64,000 nucleotides of DNA. It comes from a virus (lineage: Duplodnaviria > Caudoviricetes). A program made the position numbers and the translations under genes. Shown here piece by piece: positions 8,549-18,714 of the stretch (position 1 is the first letter of the stretch; each line of letters opens with the position of its first letter). The DNA lies in IMG/VR virus record IMGVR_UViG_3300042997_000575, positions 1,993 through 65,992 of that record. One strand, 5' to 3'. The notes beneath the pieces are model-generated. The model saw nothing but the letters and a program-made list of their open reading frames with translations, was not told the DNA's origin and ran no database searches.

Positions 8549-11500
8549 ATGGAGAACCCAAAAAGTTTATATAAAAAACTTTCCGATAACGGATTGTACA
8601 CCAAAACTTACGAAGATTTTGTAGGCCAATATGGCAATGCAAAAGGTCAAAAAGAACTTTATACTAAGTTAAGTTCTAACGGTCTTTACACAAAATCAGA
8701 ACAAGAATTTGTTGGACAATATTGGGCCCCTGAAAAAAAAAATTCTACGGAGTCCGTTTCAACACCAACTCCGCCAATTACACCTTCGGTTTCTACAGAG
8801 ACTTCGCCGGTTTCACCTTCGGTTTCACCTGCACCTATACCGGTTGAAGAACCTATTACAGGCAGTCAAGGTAAATTATTAATTCCGCAAAAACCTTTTT
8901 ACGAATTTAAAGTGCCTGAGCAACAACCGCAAATTGCTGCTAAAACACCTATGCCTCAACCTATAGTAAAAGAAGAAATTGCTGTAGAGAAACCAATCGT
9001 GGGTAGCCAAGGTAAACTATTAATACCTGAAAGAAAAGAAAAATTCCCTGCGGTTACTGAGACAGTTACCACTTATAAAAATGTTCCCGTAACTGCTCCA
9101 TCAAAAAATACTAAGAATGTCCCATTAAATCCTGAGTTAATGTTGCAAGCAATTGCAAAGAATGAAGGAGGTAGATTAGGAATTAAAACAGCAATTAAAG
9201 GTAGAGGCACAAATAATACGGCATCAGGTACTTATCAAATAACAGAAGGTACTTTAGAAAGTATTTATAATAAAGATGCTGACTTTAAAAAATCTTACGA
9301 TAATTTTCAAAAATTTAAAAAAGAATTTAATATTAATCCAGAAGTAGAACATGATGCGGCTTTATCTCATATGAGTAGTTTAATAAAGCAGTTTGGCATC
9401 CATGCTTTAACAGCATGGTATTCTCCTGATCATGCCGCAAGAGCAGCAGCAGGAAATGCATCGGCTTTAAAAGAAGTTCCAAGAAGAGATGCAGGAAATA
9501 AAATGACAGCAGGTAGTTATTTTAGGAATGCGTTTTCTAATTATAAGAATTTATTAGGTATGCAACCTGAACAGCAAAAAACTGCACGCATACCTGTTAA
9601 ACAAGAAGTTGTTAAAGAACCAGCAGTTGAGGTCCCATCATTAAGTAAATATGATGTAACTAATCCTAATTATTACAACGCTAAGGGCGAAGCATATCCT
9701 GAGGTTGAGGAGATAGGTTACATGGAAGATCTATATAATAGATTAAAAGGGACAGGGGCTAGAGCATTGGCAGGAGTTTTATCTATGCCTGCATTAGCTA
9801 GAACATATGCTGAAGATATTGTATATGCTGCCTCAGGATTAGATAAGGAATTTAATAAATTACCTTCTGCCGCAAAAAAAGAAGTTTTAAATACAGTAAG
9901 AACCATTCAAGCAAGTGGAGATATAAATACGGCTGCTGCAATACAATCACAAGAGGCTTTTGATTATTTGAATAAAAAAGCAGATAAAATTTATGAAAGA
10001 ACTATAAAACAAGAAGGCGATGTTTTTACCGACATAGCTAATTTTAAAGATAATCCTTCGGCTGACAATGCATTAAATATTGTGAACAGAGGAGTACGTT
10101 CACTTGTTGAATCTATCCCATATATGGCTACTGCTATCTTACCTGGTGGGAATATTACTCAAGGTATTGCATCGGCTGGTTCTAAAAGACTTGAAGACCT
10201 TAATAAAGATGGTAATGTTGGCCTAGGTTATATGCTTTCTTCTGCGGTACATGGTACAGCTGAAGGGTTCTTTGAAGCAAAGACAAATGCTATTCTAAAA
10301 AAAGCAGGCACTATTTTACGTGGTAATACTAAAGCAGTTGAAGAATTTTCTAAAGGAATTGTAAAGTCTATTTTAAAAGACTTTAATGAAGAAGGATTAT
10401 CAGAAGGTGCTACCACATTTATACAAGAACTTGCTGATAAAATTAATAAAGGAGAAGATATTGACATTGGTCAAGTATTTAGAAATGTGGCAAATAGTTA
10501 TTTCTTAGGAGGCTTTGCTGGAGGTAGTATTACTGCTAGTGCAGGAGGAATTAGAAAGGCTATAGATGGGTCAATTGCTGCAAAAACATATGTGGCAAAT
10601 AAAATAATGCCTACAGAAGATCGTAAAAAATACGATAATAATCTTGCTACCATACAAAACTTAAATACTCAAAAATCAGAAGATACTAGTCCTGAGGTTA
10701 ATCAAGTTATTGACAATAAGATTCAGCAATTAGCTACTGAAAATGAGACTCTGTTTAAATCAAGTGTTCAAGTTGTAGATAATTTATCTAACGAACAATT
10801 GTCTCAAGTATTTAATATTGACGATGAATTAGAACGCAATTATAATGATGCCAAATCAATTATTGATGATGCTACTATGGATGATTCCGCTAAGGAATTA
10901 TTGCTTAAAGATTTATTAGATAAACAAAATAACTTAAAACAACAAAGAGATGCCGTTCAAGAGCAAACAACAAGTGAAGTACCTGTACAGCCAGAAGCCG
11001 GAGGTAGCCTCCAAGTGGCGGAAGGAGAACCCCAAGCAGAACCTCAAGTCCCTACCGAAGAAAGTAAAGAATTAAAAGTTCAATCTGATAAAGTTGAAGA
11101 TATTTTAGGTGTGTCTGAGCAAGATGCAGATGTTTTATCTGTTATTTATAATTCAAATTTAACAAAAGCTGAAAAATCTATAGCGTGGCGACAATATAAA
11201 AGAGGTGTAATAGATTTACAGGGTGTAAAAAACCTTGCAGGTGTCATTGATTTAGAACAATTCAATAAAACCGGAGATATTGGAAAATGGGCAAGAGCAA
11301 CTTTAGCATTTCAAAAAAGTAAAGGTGGTGAATTTAATGCGGAGGATGTTAATTTTGAAGATATCCCTGCCGAAGAAGGTCAAGGAGAAGAAGTAAAATC
11401 TATATTTCCTAATACAACGGTAGAAACAGTTTTATACCACGATTCGGATTCAGATAACATATCTGAATTAAAAGCAGGACCTAATGGAATATTTGCGACC

Positions 11501-14500
11501 GCTGATAAAAATTGGTGGCAAAAAAAGAAATATAAATATAAGGTAGCTCTTGATATAAAAAATCCAAAAATTATATCTGAGCCACTTAATAGTGATAGAA
11601 CAAAAGAATTTTTTGCCAATCCTGAGAATAGTCAATATGATGCCATCATTACGACAGGTCCTGAAGGAGATATGTCTAATGCAGTTTATGTAGTTAGAAA
11701 TCCATCGCAAACTAAAGTTTTAGGTAAAGTTGAGGAAGTGCCTACCGGAGAAACTACGGATGAAACTATTACCCCTGCTGAACCAATATCGCCTCAGCAA
11801 AAGACAGAGCAAAACAATGCAGTTCAAAAAGGTGTTGATGCTGTTAATAAAGGGTTAAAGCGTGGTCGTCCTAAGAAGGAAGCTGTGCAAGGAGGCATAT
11901 CATTTATGCAACAAACAATTGCGTACGAAGAAGCTGACGATATAACTCGTGAGCAAATGGTGCGTGATATAAATAAGCAATTTGGCGTTAAAGAAAAGAA
12001 AGCTCCAAGTGTTAAAAAAATTATTGGTCAGCCTGTTCCTAATAAAGTGACTGTTCAAGAAATGACTGCTCTTAAAGATCAGATTAAACTTGAGATTAAA
12101 GCTGCTAAGGGTGGTGCTAAGTATGCCGATGACTTGCGTAAGTCAATTGTTGCACAAGTTAAGGATTTCATTACTCGTGGAAAGATGAGTGTGGCGAATC
12201 AAAAAGCTCTTTTAAATGGGCTGAAAGGCAACCTTTTAAATCCTGTGATTCGTGAAAGATTCTTTGCTCGAATGGAGAAGATGTTTGGGCGAATAGATTA
12301 TGCAGATAGATTACTCGAAGCAAATACAATAAAGAATAAGATAAAAAAATTAGCCAAATCAGATACTTTGCAAGCATCTGTAGTTAATATGGCTAAAGAT
12401 TTTTCTAAAGTAATCCCTGACTTTACAGATATTGATGAGTACATTGAAAAAGCAAAAGAAGTTTTTGATGCAATTAAATCTCCTGGATTAAAAGGGCAAG
12501 AATTATCTCTACGTCAATCTGCATCTATTGAAGATATTAGTGCTTATACAAAAGAAGCATTGGCTGCACAAGAAGAAAGAGTTAAGAATAACTTGTTAGA
12601 TCAATATGATTATTTAGTTGAGGCAGGATTGATTGATAACAAGATGTCCTTGAAAGAAATTCAAGACTACGTTGCAGCTGTTGAATCAGGGCAAGAAGCC
12701 CCAATATTAGATAGAGACCAAGAGATTAGAGATAGAGTAGGTGAGTTATTTGACTCTATGGCAGGTATAGTAAACTCTATTTTAGAAGATGGGTTAAACC
12801 CACTTACCGGTGAAAATGTTGAATTAGATGCAACTACTAGGTCTATAATAAAAAGATTTGTTGGAATGGATTTAAAGAGATTGTCCATTACTCAAATGTA
12901 TCGTGCTACTGAAGCTTTAGAAAATTATCTAACAAATGACATTGTAGATAATATGGAGTCTATAAATAAATTATACGAAGGATCTATCAAGGCTAATGCT
13001 ATAGAAAAAGAAGGTATAAGAGCACAAAATCTAAAAAGATTTGGAGCCTTTAGTAGATTTAATTTAGTTGCTAGAACATGGGCTGTTAATATTTCTCCTA
13101 TTAAATCTATATTAGATTTAATGTTTCGTTCAAGAGAAGTTGGAACAAAAATGTTTAATGCAATGGGATTGCGTGAGATAGCAAATCAATCAAGTAAAGC
13201 CAAGAATGAAACAAAAAAAATTGACGAGGCTTATGTTAAAAGATTTGATAAAACAAAACCCAATGGGAAAGATTTTAATTCAGCAGAAAATGCATACGAA
13301 AGAGGCATATATGCCCATTTAAAAAGAACATTTGTAGGAACAAAAGAAGAAGTTAAAAATGAATTTGATCGTCGTAAAAAACAAATAGTTGATACGATTG
13401 CTAAATTAAAGGAATCAGGAGATAGTAAGCTAATTAAAAAAGCACAATTATACGAGCAAGCATTTAAAAAAATAAAAGATGCTGAAGATATACAAGAGGT
13501 AGAAAAAAACATTGATGGTATAAATAAAGATGCAGTAAAATGGTGGAATGCTATTTTTGATAAATATTATCCTGAGGTAAAACAAGTAGCTGCTTCTGTT
13601 TATAACACAGTTTTAGAAGATGATATTAATTACACCCCAGATAATTATGAGAAAATAATTGAAGATGGTACCTCGGACTTAGATGATAAATCATCTTATA
13701 AAATGTCATTTAACTTTTTAAATACAGAGAAGTCAGGTACTTTGATGAAAAACAAAAGGATAAAAACATTGCCTAAAAATAGAGTAATAAGTTTTGATTT
13801 TGATTCTAACAATTCTTCTGCATTAGCAAAAATGTTAGTTGATATTAGAACAGCTCCTGCTGTACAACAATACAAAGGGTTTACTGAATCTGAGTCATTT
13901 GAAAAAATATTTCCTGATACTAAAGATAGAAATGTAATCAAGGAAAGAATGAATTGGTATGTTAATGAAGTTCGTCATAAAAACGTAGTAGATGCTAATG
14001 TAAGAGCTAAAGATGCACAAAAAATATTAAGATCTATTGGTAAATATGGAACGGCACGTGCATTAGGTTCTTTTTCATCATTTGTAAAACAATTTGGAAC
14101 AGCTACTTTAAATACAATGATTAATCTAGCAAATAATCCAACTGCATATGCTAAAGGATTTATTGCATTACGAAATAAAGATGCTCAGAAATTCTTAAAC
14201 GATTCAGGATATGGAATTGCAAATAGAGGTATTGAATCTCAAACTGCAATTGAATCAGCAGATAAGATATTAGAAAAAACAGATGTTAATTCTATTGATA
14301 AAATATCTACTGTTGTAGGTAAAGCTGGTAAAATATACTTAGATAATTTCTTAAAATATGGTGATGCTTTAGCAGCTCGTTCATCATGGTTGTCTTATTA
14401 TATTAGTAAGTTAGATAAGATGGGAGAGAATACGTCTAATATAGATTGGGCTACTCATAAATTAAATAAAGAAGCTGCTGATTATGCAGAGGATCAGGTA

Positions 14501-15265
14501 AACTTGCAACAAAACGTATCTGATGCAGATATGCTTGGTAAGTTTTTAAATACTAAAAATCCTTATGCATCATTTGCTAAGTCAATGTTCATGCCATTTT
14601 CAAGTTTTATTTTTAATGCTAAGGATAGGATATCTACAGATTTAACTATACTTACTTCTAACTCTAATAAAACAGAAAAGTTAAATGCGGTAAAATCCCT
14701 AACTGCTACAGCAGCAGAAATGGTCGTGTTTCAAGCAATAGCAGCAACAGCAAGCAATTTAATTATTATGGCTGCTTATAGTATATTGGGATACGACGAA
14801 GATGAAGATGAAAAAGAAAGTAGAATAAAAAAATATATTCAAATGGCATCTACTACAACAATAACAGATATTTTATCGCCTATTCCGAACTTGGGTGATA
14901 AGGTATTGGTAGCTGTGATAAATAAATTTTTAAATAATGTTCAAATAGATGAATATGAGGAAGATAGAGTATTATTATATGAATATGATCCACAAGGTCA
15001 AATTGATGCAATATTAGGATTAATTGGGGGAATACCTCAAATAGCTGGTAAGCCATTGGTTGATATATCTAGCACAATAAATATGTTATCATCTGAATAT
15101 TATGTTGATAAGTTTGGCAATGAGGTTTATTTAACACTAGAAGATAAAGACAAACTAAAATTTGTTTTAGGTGTTGAACTTTTAATGGCAACGAATGCTC
15201 TTCCAAATGAAGTTAGCCGAATAAATCAAAAGGTTAAGGATACCATAGAAAAAGAAGCTAGATAA
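8549..15265 (+). CDS. Giant ejection / polyvalent protein with lysozyme-like and ART-like domains
   Basis: 2238 aa. N-terminal tandem repeat LYxKLSxNGLYTK. AIAKNEGG...ASGTYQIT transglycosylase-like segment at about 9140-9550. LYHDS...GIFAT...LDIKNP...YDAII...YVVRNPSQTK ART-PolyVal-like segment at about 11390-11720. Confidence 0.75.
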   Translation: MENPKSLYKKLSDNGLYTKTYEDFVGQYGNAKGQKELYTKLSSNGLYTKSEQEFVGQYWAPEKKNSTESVSTPTPPITPSVSTETSPVSPSVSPAPIPVEEPITGSQGKLLIPQKPFYEFKVPEQQPQIAAKTPMPQPIVKEEIAVEKPIVGSQGKLLIPERKEKFPAVTETVTTYKNVPVTAPSKNTKNVPLNPELMLQAIAKNEGGRLGIKTAIKGRGTNNTASGTYQITEGTLESIYNKDADFKKSYDNFQKFKKEFNINPEVEHDAALSHMSSLIKQFGIHALTAWYSPDHAARAAAGNASALKEVPRRDAGNKMTAGSYFRNAFSNYKNLLGMQPEQQKTARIPVKQEVVKEPAVEVPSLSKYDVTNPNYYNAKGEAYPEVEEIGYMEDLYNRLKGTGARALAGVLSMPALARTYAEDIVYAASGLDKEFNKLPSAAKKEVLNTVRTIQASGDINTAAAIQSQEAFDYLNKKADKIYERTIKQEGDVFTDIANFKDNPSADNALNIVNRGVRSLVESIPYMATAILPGGNITQGIASAGSKRLEDLNKDGNVGLGYMLSSAVHGTAEGFFEAKTNAILKKAGTILRGNTKAVEEFSKGIVKSILKDFNEEGLSEGATTFIQELADKINKGEDIDIGQVFRNVANSYFLGGFAGGSITASAGGIRKAIDGSIAAKTYVANKIMPTEDRKKYDNNLATIQNLNTQKSEDTSPEVNQVIDNKIQQLATENETLFKSSVQVVDNLSNEQLSQVFNIDDELERNYNDAKSIIDDATMDDSAKELLLKDLLDKQNNLKQQRDAVQEQTTSEVPVQPEAGGSLQVAEGEPQAEPQVPTEESKELKVQSDKVEDILGVSEQDADVLSVIYNSNLTKAEKSIAWRQYKRGVIDLQGVKNLAGVIDLEQFNKTGDIGKWARATLAFQKSKGGEFNAEDVNFEDIPAEEGQGEEVKSIFPNTTVETVLYHDSDSDNISELKAGPNGIFATADKNWWQKKKYKYKVALDIKNPKIISEPLNSDRTKEFFANPENSQYDAIITTGPEGDMSNAVYVVRNPSQTKVLGKVEEVPTGETTDETITPAEPISPQQKTEQNNAVQKGVDAVNKGLKRGRPKKEAVQGGISFMQQTIAYEEADDITREQMVRDINKQFGVKEKKAPSVKKIIGQPVPNKVTVQEMTALKDQIKLEIKAAKGGAKYADDLRKSIVAQVKDFITRGKMSVANQKALLNGLKGNLLNPVIRERFFARMEKMFGRIDYADRLLEANTIKNKIKKLAKSDTLQASVVNMAKDFSKVIPDFTDIDEYIEKAKEVFDAIKSPGLKGQELSLRQSASIEDISAYTKEALAAQEERVKNNLLDQYDYLVEAGLIDNKMSLKEIQDYVAAVESGQEAPILDRDQEIRDRVGELFDSMAGIVNSILEDGLNPLTGENVELDATTRSIIKRFVGMDLKRLSITQMYRATEALENYLTNDIVDNMESINKLYEGSIKANAIEKEGIRAQNLKRFGAFSRFNLVARTWAVNISPIKSILDLMFRSREVGTKMFNAMGLREIANQSSKAKNETKKIDEAYVKRFDKTKPNGKDFNSAENAYERGIYAHLKRTFVGTKEEVKNEFDRRKKQIVDTIAKLKESGDSKLIKKAQLYEQAFKKIKDAEDIQEVEKNIDGINKDAVKWWNAIFDKYYPEVKQVAASVYNTVLEDDINYTPDNYEKIIEDGTSDLDDKSSYKMSFNFLNTEKSGTLMKNKRIKTLPKNRVISFDFDSNNSSALAKMLVDIRTAPAVQQYKGFTESESFEKIFPDTKDRNVIKERMNWYVNEVRHKNVVDANVRAKDAQKILRSIGKYGTARALGSFSSFVKQFGTATLNTMINLANNPTAYAKGFIALRNKDAQKFLNDSGYGIANRGIESQTAIESADKILEKTDVNSIDKISTVVGKAGKIYLDNFLKYGDALAARSSWLSYYISKLDKMGENTSNIDWATHKLNKEAADYAEDQVNLQQNVSDADMLGKFLNTKNPYASFAKSMFMPFSSFIFNAKDRISTDLTILTSNSNKTEKLNAVKSLTATAAEMVVFQAIAATASNLIIMAAYSILGYDEDEDEKESRIKKYIQMASTTTITDILSPIPNLGDKVLVAVINKFLNNVQIDEYEEDRVLLYEYDPQGQIDAILGLIGGIPQIAGKPLVDISSTINMLSSEYYVDKFGNEVYLTLEDKDKLKFVLGVELLMATNALPNEVSRINQKVKDTIEKEAR

Positions 15266-15266
15266 C

Positions 15267-15295
15267 AAAAATGGGGACCAATAGTCCCCACTTTT
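15267..15295. terminator. Bidirectional intrinsic terminator
   Basis: AAAAA-TGGGGAC-caata-GTCCCCA-CTTTT between convergent gene blocks. Confidence 0.85.
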
Positions 15296-15341
15296 AATTA
15301 AACAACCTTACTTAAACCATTATGAAAGAAAACGTAATATA

Positions 15342-15554
15342 CTAATCAATTAATTTAGATATAAAGCTACGTTGCAATACATCCTCTGGATTTTTCTTTG
15401 CCCGGCTAATAGCATTGCTAAGTTCTAAGTCTGTTAATAATAAGGCCAAGTCAATACTACCTTGCTTGATGATGACACAATTGTATGAGTCAATCTCAAC
15501 ATATTTTTTGTTAGTATTCTTAACTGTGTGCAGGTGTCCTATTCGTGTTTTCAT
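15342..15554 (-). CDS. Hypothetical protein
   Basis: 70 aa ORF with a TAACTTTG box 4 nt upstream. Confidence 0.65.
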   Translation of the reverse strand: MKTRIGHLHTVKNTNKKYVEIDSYNCVIIKQGSIDLALLLTDLELSNAISRAKKNPEDVLQRSFISKLID

Positions 15555-15558
15555 ATTA

Positions 15559-15566
15559 CAAAGTTA
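15559..15566 (-). promoter_or_regulatory. Bacteroidota -7 box (TAACTTTG)
   Basis: Minus strand reads TAACTTTG-TAAT-ATG. Confidence 0.55.
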
Positions 15567-16760
15567 AACTTTTTTTGTTAATTCAAAATAATAATCTGTG
15601 TGAGATATCTCGCCATTGTGCTTAGGTATTGTCTGAATAGAGTATCCACTATAACAATCCCCAAAATTATGCTGTACCCATGCACTCGGAGGTGCAAAGG
15701 TCATGTAGTTTCTATAGTCAAATTTCTTTGTTCTGTCGTACCCTATTCTGTGCAGGTCTCCTTTCTCAACGTGAATGTATTTTGTGTTGATGTCGTAATG
15801 GTCAATATAGTCATTAATGAATGAGGTGGCCTTGTCATTTAAATTATAAGGCAAGCCTTTGAACATATGCTTTGCATCTTTGCCATGTGTAAGAATAAAT
15901 GTATGGTCCCCATATTTAAAATGCTCCATGAACCTGTTGAGTATATGGAACTTAACATCTCTATCTGAGTAGGTGCGGTTAAGTAGCATCTGTATCGCCA
16001 TGTTGGCTATGCCAGCAAACGATCCGGAGTGGTTGTCATTAGCTACATTACGCACGATGACCTCATTGGCTATGCCCATCTGTATACAATTCTCAATTAA
16101 GTTTAACTTGCCTTCAACAAAGACTCTAAACATCTCTTCATTGCTCATGTTCTGATCTAACTTATGGCCTCCCCGTGTGGTAAAACCATCGTAACCATCA
16201 AGACCATCACCAAGGTCATCAATAACCAAAAGGTCAAACTTTCCATGAGCCTCAAATTCCTTACATAAAGAATTAAAAACCTTGTCCAAGTTTTGTTTAA
16301 AAATTGTTTCATTGTATTCGTATGCGAATAAAGAGTTGTTATGGGGGTTTGGTTCAAGCCCCACATGCATATCAGATACGGTGGCTTTTATTGCCACAGG
16401 AGACTTAACTTTAGTTCGATTGATAGATTTTACTTTGTCAGGATTATAGTTGCTGACGATGTCACGAATGACTTGTAGGAAGGACTCACGTTGCTCTTCT
16501 TCCCCGACTTTTACAAACGCAGAGTGCGTTTTAGTTTTGACCCAGTAGTGCGACACATTCTCGGTCGGCACACCTTCTCTATCACACTCAACATTTAAGC
16601 CCCTGTGTTCGGCTTTTAAAATATGATGTGATATATTTTTTCTTAATTGGTCAACATCTGCCGGGAGATTAAATTCTAATTTTGCTTTTCTAGCAATCTC
16701 AGTTTTAGTTATCCCACCTTGGCGGTATAGTTCTAGTGCGTATTCTAGGTAAGGTTTCAT
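15564..16760 (-). CDS. Calcineurin-like metallophosphoesterase with N-terminal HTH-like segment
   Basis: Motifs SDMHVG, DLGDGLDG, NDNH, THG, GDLH. Confidence 0.85.
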   Translation of the reverse strand: MKPYLEYALELYRQGGITKTEIARKAKLEFNLPADVDQLRKNISHHILKAEHRGLNVECDREGVPTENVSHYWVKTKTHSAFVKVGEEEQRESFLQVIRDIVSNYNPDKVKSINRTKVKSPVAIKATVSDMHVGLEPNPHNNSLFAYEYNETIFKQNLDKVFNSLCKEFEAHGKFDLLVIDDLGDGLDGYDGFTTRGGHKLDQNMSNEEMFRVFVEGKLNLIENCIQMGIANEVIVRNVANDNHSGSFAGIANMAIQMLLNRTYSDRDVKFHILNRFMEHFKYGDHTFILTHGKDAKHMFKGLPYNLNDKATSFINDYIDHYDINTKYIHVEKGDLHRIGYDRTKKFDYRNYMTFAPPSAWVQHNFGDCYSGYSIQTIPKHNGEISHTDYYFELTKKV

Positions 16761-16914
16761 CCTGAAGATTTTTTAATGAGTCGATTAGAATATAAATAGA
16801 ATCCTGTAGGTCTTCGAATTCTCGGTCAATGAGGGCTTCATAAATTTCATCAGTCATTTTGTTGATGAAACGCATAGTCTTGTTAGTATATTCTATATGT
16901 TCTTTGTCCTTCAT
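16705..16914 (-). CDS. Hypothetical protein
   Basis: 69 aa ORF co-oriented with its block. Confidence 0.55.
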   Translation of the reverse strand: MKDKEHIEYTNKTMRFINKMTDEIYEALIDREFEDLQDSIYILIDSLKNLQDETLPRIRTRTIPPRWDN

Positions 16915-17277
16915 TGTAAAAAAAATAGGGAGACTGAAAAACGATAAACAGCCTCCCCTTAACTAATCACATTTAACCCAACACAATTTAGCTAAATAAC
17001 TAATTACTTGTATACATTTCTTAATTTTTTTTGTAAAGACAGAAATGATACAATTCATTAGCCAAATAAAATGGTATAAATAATACCACTACAATGCAGG
17101 TTAATACAATTGAAACAAGAATTCTAAATGGGTTTGTCGTCTTCATGTTTATGAATTTTAGTTTTTTCTCCCAATGTTATAATTAACTCCAATAAACTTT
17201 CTGTTAGTTTAATAGCCGCATCGGTACCAGTAGCATTTAAAATAATATTAGATCCATCAGGGATACTAATCTCAACA

Positions 17278-17565
17278 TTAGTTGATAGTTCTTCGTTTTG
17301 CATTTTTTGAAGCTAAAATAAAATTAGTTAGAGACTCTATCTCATCAAAATAATAATTATCATAATCAAATAATTCCACTCTCCACTTACTATTAATAAC
17401 CTCATCGTTTGAGTTAGATATTAGTAATGGTCCATTATCTGAAAATAATTTAAGAGTATAATAATAAAAATCATTATCTCCACCATGCTCCTCCTTCGGA
17501 ACAAAAGTCATCTCAAAGTCCAAGTCTATTAAGTCTTGCTCTTCTATGTCATGTGTATGTATCAT
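17278..17565 (-). CDS. Hypothetical protein
   Basis: 95 aa acidic ORF, ATGA-coupled to the upstream gene. Confidence 0.65.
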   Translation of the reverse strand: MIHTHDIEEQDLIDLDFEMTFVPKEEHGGDNDFYYYTLKLFSDNGPLLISNSNDEVINSKWRVELFDYDNYYFDEIESLTNFILASKNAKRRTIN

Positions 17566-17912
17566 TCTACTCCGTATGTTTTAAGTAAAATATTTAATTG
17601 AGTATCAAATCCTTGTACCTTAATAGGGTCCAACTTCTGCAACTTTAGTCCAACAATAAAAAATTGAACCATTCGTTCGGCCGCATCAATGTGTTGTGCC
17701 ACAGCTCTATCCCATTCTTCACTCATCTCGTTCATAGGCAATATCTTGCTTATCTGTTTGTTAAGTGTTCGGGTTAGCTCCCATGTTCTTTCTCTGATGA
17801 TAGGTTTATCAAACGGCTTGGCCGTAAAGTCCACATCATCAGCCATCTCATATACCGCTTGCATCAATGCAAGGAACATAAGTGTCTTTTCTTTCTCAGT
17901 TGGGGTCAGCAT
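17562..17912 (-). CDS. Hypothetical protein
   Basis: 116 aa, tightly packed operon. Confidence 0.65.
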   Translation of the reverse strand: MLTPTEKEKTLMFLALMQAVYEMADDVDFTAKPFDKPIIRERTWELTRTLNKQISKILPMNEMSEEWDRAVAQHIDAAERMVQFFIVGLKLQKLDPIKVQGFDTQLNILLKTYGVE

Positions 17913-18123
17913 ATGTCTCTAGCATTTTGTCAAACTGTGCCTTATTAATCTTCTTGTATTCTTTTCTAAGAAGCCCAGCCTCAATGCGGTCGGTAAAACT
18001 ACCGAGTAATCTTCGGGTAAATCCTTCTTTAGAATAATAGTCATGTCGCAATGTGTCATAATCTATTTCAACTACTTCCATGCTGTTGGGTGATTTGTAA
18101 TACTTTGGTTTGTTCTTTTTCAT
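17896..18123 (-). CDS. Hypothetical protein
   Basis: 75 aa, tightly packed operon. Confidence 0.6.
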   Translation of the reverse strand: MKKNKPKYYKSPNSMEVVEIDYDTLRHDYYSKEGFTRRLLGSFTDRIEAGLLRKEYKKINKAQFDKMLETYADPN

Positions 18124-18509
18124 ATTAGACTATAGTTTAAAATTATTCGTTTAATTTCTTTATTCTTAATAATTTGGTTTCCTTCTATTACATTATCCAA
18201 GAATTCATCGACATCAATCTTACCTAGAAATTCAATGACATACATGTCCCTCTCCTCCACCATACCTTCTAGTTCAATAAGACCTAAGCCTACCTCAAAC
18301 TTATAATACTGTACCTCGTCATTAGTATGCACAGTAAATACAATGGTGGCCTCATCGTCTTCATTAAATTCATTATCAAAATGGATAAGAGCATCCATGA
18401 CCTGATCAAATACATTGTCAGGGAAAGATTCTATCCATCTGAATAGACTCTTGTCTAATGCTACTAATTCAGTTTCCTCTAAATACTTCAGTTCTAAATC
18501 CATAATCAT
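18120..18509 (-). CDS. Hypothetical acidic protein (start revised from 18671)
   Basis: The upstream part of the 183 aa track ORF overlaps VRR-NUC in another frame. MIMDLELK at 18509 is the more plausible start. Confidence 0.55.
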   Translation of the reverse strand: MIMDLELKYLEETELVALDKSLFRWIESFPDNVFDQVMDALIHFDNEFNEDDEATIVFTVHTNDEVQYYKFEVGLGLIELEGMVEERDMYVIEFLGKIDVDEFLDNVIEGNQIIKNKEIKRIILNYSLI

Positions 18510-18711
18510 GTAGTTCTTTAAGTCTATATTCCTGTAATTTTGATAACTTCCCTTCTGGTCTTTTAACTTCAGAGAACAAGATTCCTTTGTCCGGGTGTAA
18601 AGCCAATATATCAGGAAGACCATTCTTGTTTGCCTTGATAATTTTAATGACATAATATCCTTCAGATTCAAGTTGTTTAATACGGGTAGATTGAATTTGC
18701 TGTTCGGTCAT
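18469..18711 (-). CDS. VRR-NUC domain nuclease (PD-(D/E)xK)
   Basis: NGLPDILAL...LFSEVKRPEGKLSKLQEY; adjacent to an SF2 helicase. Confidence 0.9.
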   Translation of the reverse strand: MTEQQIQSTRIKQLESEGYYVIKIIKANKNGLPDILALHPDKGILFSEVKRPEGKLSKLQEYRLKELHDYGFRTEVFRGN

Positions 18712-18714
18712 ATC

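Noticed and set aside
12415-12440. DFTDID in the giant protein as a virion RNA polymerase DxDxD motif
   Set aside because: Spacing is D-x-x-D-x-D in a helical context, with no double-psi beta-barrel signature.
18510-18671. 5' extension of the 183 aa ORF as a true dual-coding overlap with VRR-NUC
   Set aside because: The extension has no recognisable features; the internal Met at 18509 is more plausible.
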